The notes beneath the pieces were generated by a model. That model ran no database searches, was not told the DNA's origin, and saw only the letters and a list, made by a program, of their open reading frames with translations. Positions 17,718 through 24,378 of a DNA stretch of 40,856 bases are shown in pieces. The first letter of the stretch is position 1. Each line of letters begins with the position of its first letter. Both the position numbers and the translations under genes were made by a program. Where the stretch lies: the IMG/VR virus record IMGVR_UViG_3300005732_000058, positions 1-40,856 of that record, one strand, 5' to 3'. This DNA comes from a virus (taxonomy: Duplodnaviria; Caudoviricetes).

Positions 17718-18144
17718 TCGCGTTTACCGCTTGCGCCTATCGACGCCGCCGCCCAGCGTAAATGCTATGTGGCGCGCCGTGGTGCGCGGCAAAAATGCGG
17801 TCAATATTCTATCCAAGGATGGACGCGCGTGGAAAGAGATGGCTGAGCTTGAACTGATGTCCCAGCAAGGTCTCGGCTCTGATCCTCGATATTGGCGCGC
17901 TGACATCCTCATTCCAGGCAAAGGCACTCGTGCTGACCTGGATAACTACCTCAAAGGAATTCTTGACGCGCTCGGCGCGGCGGGAAAGTCGCCAGATGAC
18001 CGATACTTGGTCGATCTGCGCATTCGTTTTCACTCAGGCGATCATGTCGCCATTGCTCTCAAACAGGAGGACCTATCCACATGGGCAAAAATCCGAAACG
18101 CATCGAAATCACTGATCCTGAAACTGGCGAAGTTTTCGAGCTGA
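17710..18144 (+). CDS. rusA: RusA-family Holliday junction resolvase
   Basis: PPSVN, DLDNYLKGILDAL, DDRYLV. Confidence 0.85.
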   Translation: MADRVYRLRLSTPPPSVNAMWRAVVRGKNAVNILSKDGRAWKEMAELELMSQQGLGSDPRYWRADILIPGKGTRADLDNYLKGILDALGAAGKSPDDRYLVDLRIRFHSGDHVAIALKQEDLSTWAKIRNASKSLILKLAKFSS

Positions 18145-19184
18145 ACGCATCCAGCTTGGTGTCTGATACCATCGGCGTTCTGATGTCATGGCGGCGCAAC
18201 GTCATTCAATCCATGGTCTGGGAGCAGCTCAGCGAGGAGCAACAGCAAGAAGCGATCGGCAACGCCGAGTCTCTTGCGACCGATCTGGTCACAAGCCTTG
18301 TCGAGATTATCGCGACCGGCGGCAATGACGTGATCCACGCGTTGCTCGACAACTTCAAGATCAAGGATGGGACCGTGACCGTTACTGCCAAGGGCATTGC
18401 GGATGACGCCGCGCTGCTGGCGCTCAACTCTGTGGGCAAGAAAGCTCTCAAGATCGTGGTTGCTGATGCTGAGCAGTTTGATCAGACGGGCGATCGCCCT
18501 GAGGCAACGCCAGATCAGCCATCCATGGACTTGGATGAGGATGAAGGTGACGGAATGTCGGATGAGGAGATTGATGACATCGCCTCTGATATGGACGCCG
18601 ATCTTGGCGACATCGAGGAGCCCGATGACCTGCATGACGGCGATAGCAACGTGCCGGTCAGTGACCCTGTTTCGGATGAGCAGGTTGAGGGTTATCACGC
18701 CCGCATGCAAGGCCAGCACAGTCAGCGCAACCCATACGACATGGACACACCTGCCCGCGAGGAATGGTATCTGGGCTGGAAGCGCGCGGATGACGATGAT
18801 GTCGCACCCGATGTTGAGCCATGGCCGCCAGAGGATGACGGCAAATCAGATGGCGAGACTAAAAATGTCGATACGGAAACCTCGCCTGCCGATACAGAGG
18901 CGGAAATCCCAGATATGCCGCCGCGCGAGGCTGGCCAGCAAGCACGGGTCAAAGGCGATGGTCCCGACAGCAACCCATATGACGGCGGCACCGATGAGCA
19001 TGCAGCCTGGGCTGAGGGCTACACATCCGCCGATGCTGAAATCCAAACCCTGATCGATGCTGGCAAAAAGGCAGGGCTCGACGGCGCGCCGAAAAAAGAC
19101 TGCCCCTGGAAGAAAGGGACGGATGGCGAGCGCTTTTGGCTGCAGGGTTATGAGCGGGGCAAGGCTGAGCGCGATCAGGGTTGA
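18081..19184 (+). CDS. Acidic protein with three C-terminal RMF-like repeats
   Basis: Strong RBS AGGAGG; three G..A...G.....(N/C)P(Y/W).......W..G(W/Y) units. Confidence 0.75.
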   Translation: MGKNPKRIEITDPETGEVFELNASSLVSDTIGVLMSWRRNVIQSMVWEQLSEEQQQEAIGNAESLATDLVTSLVEIIATGGNDVIHALLDNFKIKDGTVTVTAKGIADDAALLALNSVGKKALKIVVADAEQFDQTGDRPEATPDQPSMDLDEDEGDGMSDEEIDDIASDMDADLGDIEEPDDLHDGDSNVPVSDPVSDEQVEGYHARMQGQHSQRNPYDMDTPAREEWYLGWKRADDDDVAPDVEPWPPEDDGKSDGETKNVDTETSPADTEAEIPDMPPREAGQQARVKGDGPDSNPYDGGTDEHAAWAEGYTSADAEIQTLIDAGKKAGLDGAPKKDCPWKKGTDGERFWLQGYERGKAERDQG

Positions 19185-19253
19185 CCTCAGCGCTGCCGCG
19201 CGGCCATAACAGGGCTGGGGCGCACGTCTTGCCCAAGATAGCCCTTCTGTTGG

Positions 19254-19289
19254 ACCCCGCATCGGTAAAACGGTGCGGGGTTTTCTCTT
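19254..19289 (+). terminator. Rho-independent terminator
   Basis: ACCCCGCATCG-GTAAAA-CGGTGCGGGGT followed by TTTCTCTT. Confidence 0.8.
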
Positions 19290-19316
19290 GCACGCACCAA
19301 ATTTGCAGGCTATTAA
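19288..19316 (+). promoter_or_regulatory. Sigma70-type promoter of the replication operon
   Basis: TTGCAC-N17-TATTAA upstream of RBS AGGAGG and ATG 19342. Confidence 0.6.
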
Positions 19317-19341
19317 AAATTAACAGATAGGAGGGCAGGGC

Positions 19342-19536
19342 ATGAATGCATCTGAGGCGGCCCGTAAAGAGGGGCTGAAAAACCGCAAGGCGGTTTGGGA
19401 TTTTTTTCGTGACAATCCGTGCCACACAAAGGGCGAATGCGCCGAGGCGCTGGGTCTGACGCGCACGACTGTCGGCGGTCACTGCCAGGCGATTAAGGAT
19501 GGTTGGCGTCCAGGTGAGGCGGACCAAGATGGCTGA
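19342..19536 (+). CDS. Small (winged) helix-turn-helix protein
   Basis: VWDFFRDNP..TKGECAEALGLTRTTVGGH; RBS AGGAGG. Confidence 0.75.
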   Translation: MNASEAARKEGLKNRKAVWDFFRDNPCHTKGECAEALGLTRTTVGGHCQAIKDGWRPGEADQDG

Positions 19537-20500
19537 CGGTCGGTATCAGGGCAACAAAGGGCTGGAATACTACAAAGCTTATCCTCGCGACTTTTTTGAG
19601 GGAACGCTAGGCATGCCCGGCCAGCTTCGCGGTTTCTACCGCATGGCGCTTGATCTGATCTACATGCACGATGGCTTTTTGCTGAACGACTGGGGGCACA
19701 TTGCGGGGCTCACAGGATACGGGAAAACGCAGTGCAAACGCATGATGTTGCAGCTTGTCGATATGGGGAAAATAGAGGTTTCGGGAGAAAACGACGAGTT
19801 TTTTACGCAAAAACGAGCGAAAAACGAGCTAAAAGACAGCAGAAAATTTCAGGAAAACCAGTCAAAAAAAGCGGCCAAGAGATGGAAAAACAATGACTTA
19901 CCAGATGCCGCGGATGATGCCGAGCCGATGCCACCACAAGACCACAAGACCACAAGACATAAGAGTCCTTCGGACTCTGGCGCGCCCAATTCCATGCCAC
20001 TCTTTGGGGGGCAGGCCAAATCAAAGCCCAAGCCGCCTGATCGGTTCGAGGAATTTTGGAACACATACCCTCATCGGGGCGGGGCAAAAAAAGGCAAGGC
20101 TGCAGCCCGCAAAAAATGGGACGCAGCACTTAAGCGCAAGGTCGATCCAAGCATCATCATTGCTGGGGCTGTGGATTTTCAGCGTGATCGAAAGGTGGTT
20201 GATGGCTATGCGCCTGATCCCGCAAGATGGCTGCACAACGAGATGTGGCTAGACGAAATTGAAGAAGTGAAAGGGCAAGGCAATGGGAACAGATTTGAAA
20301 ACGGTGGATCAGGTGGCGGCGCTGCCGGAACACGTAGACCCACAAACGGTGGCCACCATGACGCACTCTTGGCCGGATTTGGCCAAGCGGCACTTAACGT
20401 CGAAAGAGGAACGCGATCTGACGGCTTTGGTCATTCAGAAGATTTCCACGCCAGCCACGCCGCGGGCGATCGCGGCCAAGGTGGTGCCGATCCTGAGTGA
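19529..20500 (+). CDS. Replication initiator, DUF1376/YdaU-type (lambda O analogue)
   Basis: YYKAYPRDFFEGT..M....RGFYRMALDLIY N-terminus; FEEFWNTYP...GK..A.KKW and PDPARWLHNEMW C-terminal domain; internal iterons. Confidence 0.8.
   Translation: MADGRYQGNKGLEYYKAYPRDFFEGTLGMPGQLRGFYRMALDLIYMHDGFLLNDWGHIAGLTGYGKTQCKRMMLQLVDMGKIEVSGENDEFFTQKRAKNELKDSRKFQENQSKKAAKRWKNNDLPDAADDAEPMPPQDHKTTRHKSPSDSGAPNSMPLFGGQAKSKPKPPDRFEEFWNTYPHRGGAKKGKAAARKKWDAALKRKVDPSIIIAGAVDFQRDRKVVDGYAPDPARWLHNEMWLDEIEEVKGQGNGNRFENGGSGGGAAGTRRPTNGGHHDALLAGFGQAALNVERGTRSDGFGHSEDFHASHAAGDRGQGGADPE
19934..19964 (+). repeat. Tandem CCACAAGA x3 plus CATAAGA: candidate iterons/replication origin
   Basis: Perfect 8-bp units at 19934, 19942 and 19950 inside the initiator gene, downstream of an A-tract-rich stretch (~19770-19900). 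Confidence 0.65.
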
Positions 20501-20918
20501 GTATTTCGTGGCCCTTGATCGGGCTGGTGTCTCTGAGCAGGTGGGCGAGATTTGGCAGGATGAGCTTGCACCGTATCCGCTATGGTCGATCCATAAGGCG
20601 TGCCGCTGGTGGCTTTCCAAAGACAACGCCAACCGCCGCAAGAAGCCGCTGCCAGGTGACATCTCTGAGCGCTGCGAGGTCGAGATGATGTTGGTGCGGA
20701 TTGCCCAGCGCAAGGTTGATCATTTCGACCAGCACGGGCCGCCACCTGAGGAGCCTGAGGTTGAGCCAAGCCAGCCTATGACGGATGAGCAGCGCGCAGA
20801 ATTTGAGCAGACGCTGGCGCGCTTTACTGGCAGCAAGCGGATGCCAAAACCTCAAAGCGAGGGAGAAACTCAGCGGAACATTCAGGAGGCTCAGCGTATG
20901 GTTGCTGAGGGTGATTGA
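20283..20918 (+). CDS. Putative replication accessory/helicase-loader-like protein
   Basis: W.DEL..YP.WSI.KAC..W......KP.PGDI resembles lambdoid loader-type proteins; follows and overlaps the initiator; RBS AAGGGCAAGG. Confidence 0.55.
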   Translation: MGTDLKTVDQVAALPEHVDPQTVATMTHSWPDLAKRHLTSKEERDLTALVIQKISTPATPRAIAAKVVPILSEYFVALDRAGVSEQVGEIWQDELAPYPLWSIHKACRWWLSKDNANRRKKPLPGDISERCEVEMMLVRIAQRKVDHFDQHGPPPEEPEVEPSQPMTDEQRAEFEQTLARFTGSKRMPKPQSEGETQRNIQEAQRMVAEGD

Positions 20919-21133
20919 TGCCCGTCAAATACACCGCTGCCCGCTTCATGGGCCAGATCGCGCTGCGAGGTGAGGCGTGGTCGATCGAGTTCCCCGACGC
21001 CGATTATCCGGGCTGGCTTGCGTTCTATGAGCGTATGACCGAGCGGTATGGTCACAAGTCAGCAAGCTACGCCTCCGCGCTTGAAGCTCTGCGCGGGCTT
21101 GACGTGCCCATTCATCCTGTGGATGCTGGCTAG
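20918..21133 (+). CDS. Hypothetical protein
   Basis: Coupled to the upstream stop; plausible composition. Confidence 0.5.
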   Translation: MPVKYTAARFMGQIALRGEAWSIEFPDADYPGWLAFYERMTERYGHKSASYASALEALRGLDVPIHPVDAG

Positions 21134-21181
21134 GCGTAGATTGCTGGGCGGTTCCAGCGAAACAAAACAGGAGGGTTTTGG

Positions 21182-21493
21182 ATGAAACGCATTCTGGCTT
21201 TTGCTGCCATTGGCCTGTCACTCATGGCAGGTGCCGCGATGGCTGATGTCTATTTTTCGGATGGTGTGGGCCTGTCGCCACCTGTCGAGGTTGAGCTGAC
21301 CATCGATGTCGGCCCTGCTGATTTCTCCGCTATTCATGTGCTGGATGACGCGGTGCCGCCTGAGCGCTTCGCCGCTGTGAGCGATGGTGTGAGCGAAGAA
21401 CATTTTTCGGTGCCGCTGGCCATTCTGGCGTCTGACCTGGCGACTGTCATTCCCGACTTTGCGCTTTCCGGCGGCGATGGCCGCCCGATCTAA
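21182..21493 (+). CDS. Secreted/periplasmic hypothetical protein
   Basis: Signal peptide MKRILAFAAIGLSLMAGAAMA-D; RBS AGGAGG; followed by a terminator. Confidence 0.7.
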   Translation: MKRILAFAAIGLSLMAGAAMADVYFSDGVGLSPPVEVELTIDVGPADFSAIHVLDDAVPPERFAAVSDGVSEEHFSVPLAILASDLATVIPDFALSGGDGRPI

Positions 21494-21514
21494 GCCAATA
21501 ATTCAAAGCTTTAT

Positions 21515-21542
21515 GGCCGTCTCGATTGAGGCGGCCTTTTTT
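21515..21542 (+). terminator. Rho-independent terminator
   Basis: GGCCGTCTC-GATT-GAGGCGGCC-TTTTTT. Confidence 0.9.
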
Positions 21543-21546
21543 ATGC

Positions 21547-21584
21547 TTGACGCGGCCACATGATTTATGCGTTACAATAACGCC
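21547..21584 (+). promoter_or_regulatory. Promoter region with palindromic operator upstream of cspA
   Basis: Operator TGCGTTA-CAA-TAACGCC at 21568-21584; TTGACG (21547) and TACAAT (21573) are present but their spacing (20) is non-canonical. Confidence 0.6.
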
Positions 21585-21613
21585 ATCTGAAACTTGAACT
21601 TGGAAATAGAACT

Positions 21614-21829
21614 ATGGCAACTGGAACTGTGAAGTTTTTCAATGAAACGAAGGGTTACGGATTTATCCAACCCGAAGGCGGCGGCAAAGATGTGTTTGTG
21701 CACATCTCCGATCTGATCGCATCCGACATGGGCGCGGTCGGTCAGGGCGATGCTGTTGAGTTTGAGGTGGCCGAAGGCCGCGACGGTCGGCCCAAAGCGG
21801 TCAACCTGTCGATTTCGTTGGTCGATTAA
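21614..21829 (+). CDS. cspA: Cold-shock protein (CSD)
   Basis: GTVKFFNETKGYGFI (RNP1), DVFVHIS (RNP2), GRPKAVNL. Confidence 0.95.
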   Translation: MATGTVKFFNETKGYGFIQPEGGGKDVFVHISDLIASDMGAVGQGDAVEFEVAEGRDGRPKAVNLSISLVD

Positions 21830-22140
21830 GAATACCTGAGAGAGGTTCCCGTGCTGGTCCAGATCAGGCCAGCGATCCCAGATGCACCGATTGGAGAGGC
21901 CGCGCGTGGCCAGCGTCCGATCAGCGGGGCCAGACTGAGCGGGATAGGTCTGGTCGCTGCGACACGAAATCCAGGAATGTTGGGGCGGCACCCGGTCGCA
22001 CGAAACATCGTCTATGGAGAAAAGGCCGGGGCGTTTATGGTCAATTTTTGAACGCGATGCGGGGCAGTGCCGCACAAATCAAAGGGACGGCGGCGGCCAC
22101 AAAGCGCTGACAGCCCGGAAAGACGGGCAACCAACACAGA
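21830..22140 (+). ncRNA. Candidate structured RNA (run of hairpins ending in GCCCG-GAAAGA-CGGGC)
   Basis: Consecutive stems GCTGGTC/GGCCAGC, GATTGGA/TCCGATC with inner GGCCGC/GTGGCC, GGCCAGAC/GTCTGGTC, and a hairpin at 22113-22128; no convincing ORF. Confidence 0.45.
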
Positions 22141-22152
22141 TGAGGGCAAGAC

Positions 22153-22254
22153 ATGAAGCGATTTTTCGAGATTTTAGGTGACGTGTGCGGCGTGATAGTG
22201 CTGTTTGGCGGGTTGTGGGCTGCAATGCTTATCGGCCATGCGATGGGGTGGTGA
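22153..22254 (+). CDS. 33-aa single-TM protein (MKRFFEILGDVCGVIVLFGGLWAAMLIGHAMGW)
   Basis: Preceded by the AGGGCAAGAC leader; hydrophobic helix; not in the ORF track. Confidence 0.6.
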   Translation: MKRFFEILGDVCGVIVLFGGLWAAMLIGHAMGW

Positions 22255-22257
22255 GCG

Positions 22258-22392
22258 ATGTGTGACGAATACGACGATTTCCCCACCGACGAGGATATGA
22301 ACGCGCTGTTTTGGTTCGGTCTGTTTCTCTTGTTTGTGATCATTTTGCTGGGCGTCGGGGCAGCTTGGGCCGTGCTGGCGTGGGTGCTATGA
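22258..22392 (+). CDS. 44-aa single-TM protein with acidic N-terminus
   Basis: MCDEYDDFPTDEDMNALFWFGLFLLFVIILLGVGAAWAVLAWVL; tightly packed, ATGA overlap with the next gene. Confidence 0.55.
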   Translation: MCDEYDDFPTDEDMNALFWFGLFLLFVIILLGVGAAWAVLAWVL

Positions 22393-22592
22393 TGCAGCGC
22401 GACGACGACAAAAACGTGAGCGGTGCTGAGTATGAAAACGCCATGCTTGGTGATGATCTGATTGATGCGCTGCGCGGTGAGCGTGAAAACCTTTATGGCA
22501 GAATAGAAGATGGTCAGGCTGGCGTGAATGAGTTGCGGTGCCGCCTCAAGATCGTGACACACGAGTTGCTTAAGGCAGAGGTGGCGCGATGA
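22389..22592 (+). CDS. Hypothetical coiled-coil protein (~67 aa)
   Basis: ATGA overlaps at both ends; start revised from 22311. Confidence 0.55.
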   Translation: MMQRDDDKNVSGAEYENAMLGDDLIDALRGERENLYGRIEDGQAGVNELRCRLKIVTHELLKAEVAR

Positions 22593-23788
22593 TTTATGGG
22601 TCAGTTTGCAGCGGCATAGAAGCTGCCACACAAGCTTGGCACCCGCTTGGATGGACGCCAGCTTTTTTCAGTGAGGTGGATAAGTTCCCCTCAGTGGTTC
22701 TTGCGCATCATTATGGGTCAAACATGCCCGATGAGCCGCATAGCGATAATGGCGTTCCAAACTATGGGGATATGACAGAATTTGAAAGGTGGCCAGATCA
22801 TGCAATCGACGTTCTCGTTGGAGGAACACCCTGTCAAAGTTTTAGCGTGGCGGGATTACGCAAGGGCCTTGCTGACCCACGGGGGAACCTCATGCTTACA
22901 TTTGGCGCAATTGCTCAAAGATATAAACCCAAGTGGATTGTCTGGGAAAATGTCCCCGGTGTTTTGTCCAGTAACGAAGGACGAGATTTTGGAACCTTCC
23001 TCAGGCTCTTGGGGGAATGCGGGTATGGGTTCGCCTACAGAGTTCTTGACGCTCAATATGTCCGAGTGGAACGGTTTGGACGGGCTGTCCCTCAAAGACG
23101 AAGACGTGTTTTCGTTGTCGGATATCTTGGAGACTGGCGACGTGCTGCCGCGGTTCTTTTTGAGCCAGAAGGCATGTCAAGGAATCCTGCGCCGCGCCGA
23201 AGAAGCGGAAAAGGAGCTGCCGGCCGCAATGAAAGAGGCATTGCAAGCGGGAAGCCAACTGTAGGCACGCTTATGGCAAACGCTGGATCAAAGCAGTGGC
23301 TGGGCAACCAAGAGGCGCTGTCTGGTGACTATCACATTCTTGAGCCTGTGGCATTTACGGCAAATGACAACGGTAGAGATTCGACCACAGATGGAGTGGG
23401 TCCAACCCTTAGAAAGGGCGGCCAAGGGAGTTCTGGCGGTCCAGTTTGCCCAGCAATTGCATTTAAGCCTTCGCACTACACGCGCGGCAAAGATGGTGCC
23501 CCATCTAACGTATTTCCGCCGCTAAGTGCGGATGCCGACAAAGGTGATCAAGACCCTGTAATTTTATCGGAGTGGCGAGTGCGCAGGTTGACGCCGATTG
23601 AATGTGAAAGGCTGCAGGGATTCCCTGATGATTTCACCAAAATTCCTTGGAAGGGGGGCTTGCCGCAGGATTGTCCAGACGGGCCACGATACAAAGCGCT
23701 TGGTAATAGCATGGCGGTCAATTGCATGCAGTGGCTGGGCCACAGAATACAGATGATTGAAGATTTGTCTGCTGAGTTGGCGCTATGA
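22589..23788 (+). CDS. DNA (cytosine-5)-methyltransferase
   Basis: Motif I SVCSGIEA, IV GGTPCQSFS, VI WENVPG, VIII QRRRRVF, IX RRLTPIECERLQGFP, X YKALGNSM. Confidence 0.95.
   Translation: MIYGSVCSGIEAATQAWHPLGWTPAFFSEVDKFPSVVLAHHYGSNMPDEPHSDNGVPNYGDMTEFERWPDHAIDVLVGGTPCQSFSVAGLRKGLADPRGNLMLTFGAIAQRYKPKWIVWENVPGVLSSNEGRDFGTFLRLLGECGYGFAYRVLDAQYVRVERFGRAVPQRRRRVFVVGYLGDWRRAAAVLFEPEGMSRNPAPRRRSGKGAAGRNERGIASGKPTVGTLMANAGSKQWLGNQEALSGDYHILEPVAFTANDNGRDSTTDGVGPTLRKGGQGSSGGPVCPAIAFKPSHYTRGKDGAPSNVFPPLSADADKGDQDPVILSEWRVRRLTPIECERLQGFPDDFTKIPWKGGLPQDCPDGPRYKALGNSMAVNCMQWLGHRIQMIEDLSAELAL
22800..23264 (+). CDS. Overprinted +1-frame ORF, similar to the beta polypeptide of two-chain C5-MTases (M.EcoHK31I type)
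   Basis: 154-aa frame nested in the MTase with AAAGGTGG upstream; KMSPVFC...SSGSWGNAGM...SLSDILE...FFLSQKACQGILRRA...LP resembles the recalled EcoHK31I beta pattern. Confidence 0.65.
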   Translation: MQSTFSLEEHPVKVLAWRDYARALLTHGGTSCLHLAQLLKDINPSGLSGKMSPVFCPVTKDEILEPSSGSWGNAGMGSPTEFLTLNMSEWNGLDGLSLKDEDVFSLSDILETGDVLPRFFLSQKACQGILRRAEEAEKELPAAMKEALQAGSQL

Positions 23789-24378
23789 CGTGGCCTTTTG
23801 GAATGATGCGCCAAGGCGTTCATGGCGTCATCTATGCTGATCCAGCCTGGCAATACCGCGGCTATGTCAGCGAGGGCGTGCCACAGACATCGAAAGATCA
23901 GCACTATCAGACCATGCACGTCGAGGACATGGCCAAGTTGCCAGTGTGGCGTCTGGCCGCTCCTGACTGCGCTCTGTTCATGTGGGGCATCAGCTCGCAC
24001 CTTGAGCAAGCGCTTTGGCTGGGTCGCAAATGGGGCTTCACCTTTTCGTCCAAGGCGTTCACCTGGGCCAAGCTTAACAAAAACGCGATCGCCGATGAGC
24101 GGCGGTGCGATGATCCAAGCGCTTATTTCATTGGCATGGGCCATGGGACACGGCGCAATACAGAGGACTGCTGGCTGTTCACACGCGGCAATCCCAAACG
24201 CATGGACAAGGGCGTGCGCGAGTTGATCGTCAGCCCTATCCGTGAACATTCGAGGAAACCAGATGAAACTTATGAGCGCATTGAAAGGCTTTTTCAGGGG
24301 CCATACTGCGAGCTATTCGCGCGCAACCAAAGATCAGGCTGGTCAAGCTGGGGCAACGAAACCTCAAAGTTTGGCTGA
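23785..24378 (+). CDS. MT-A70-family (N6-adenine) methyltransferase
   Basis: VIYADPAW, LFMW, WGF, FTWAK, GMGHGTRRNTE, EHSRKP, ELFAR...GW..WGNE. Confidence 0.9.
   Translation: MTWPFGMMRQGVHGVIYADPAWQYRGYVSEGVPQTSKDQHYQTMHVEDMAKLPVWRLAAPDCALFMWGISSHLEQALWLGRKWGFTFSSKAFTWAKLNKNAIADERRCDDPSAYFIGMGHGTRRNTEDCWLFTRGNPKRMDKGVRELIVSPIREHSRKPDETYERIERLFQGPYCELFARNQRSGWSSWGNETSKFG

Noticed and set aside
19311-19324. CtrA box
   Set aside because: TTAA and TTAAC are 3 nt apart rather than the 7 nt of the consensus.
21836-22015. Hammerhead ribozyme (CTGAGAGA ... CGAAACATCGTC)
   Set aside because: The core does not match CUGANGA, and stems I and III are too weak. Kept only as a generic structured RNA.
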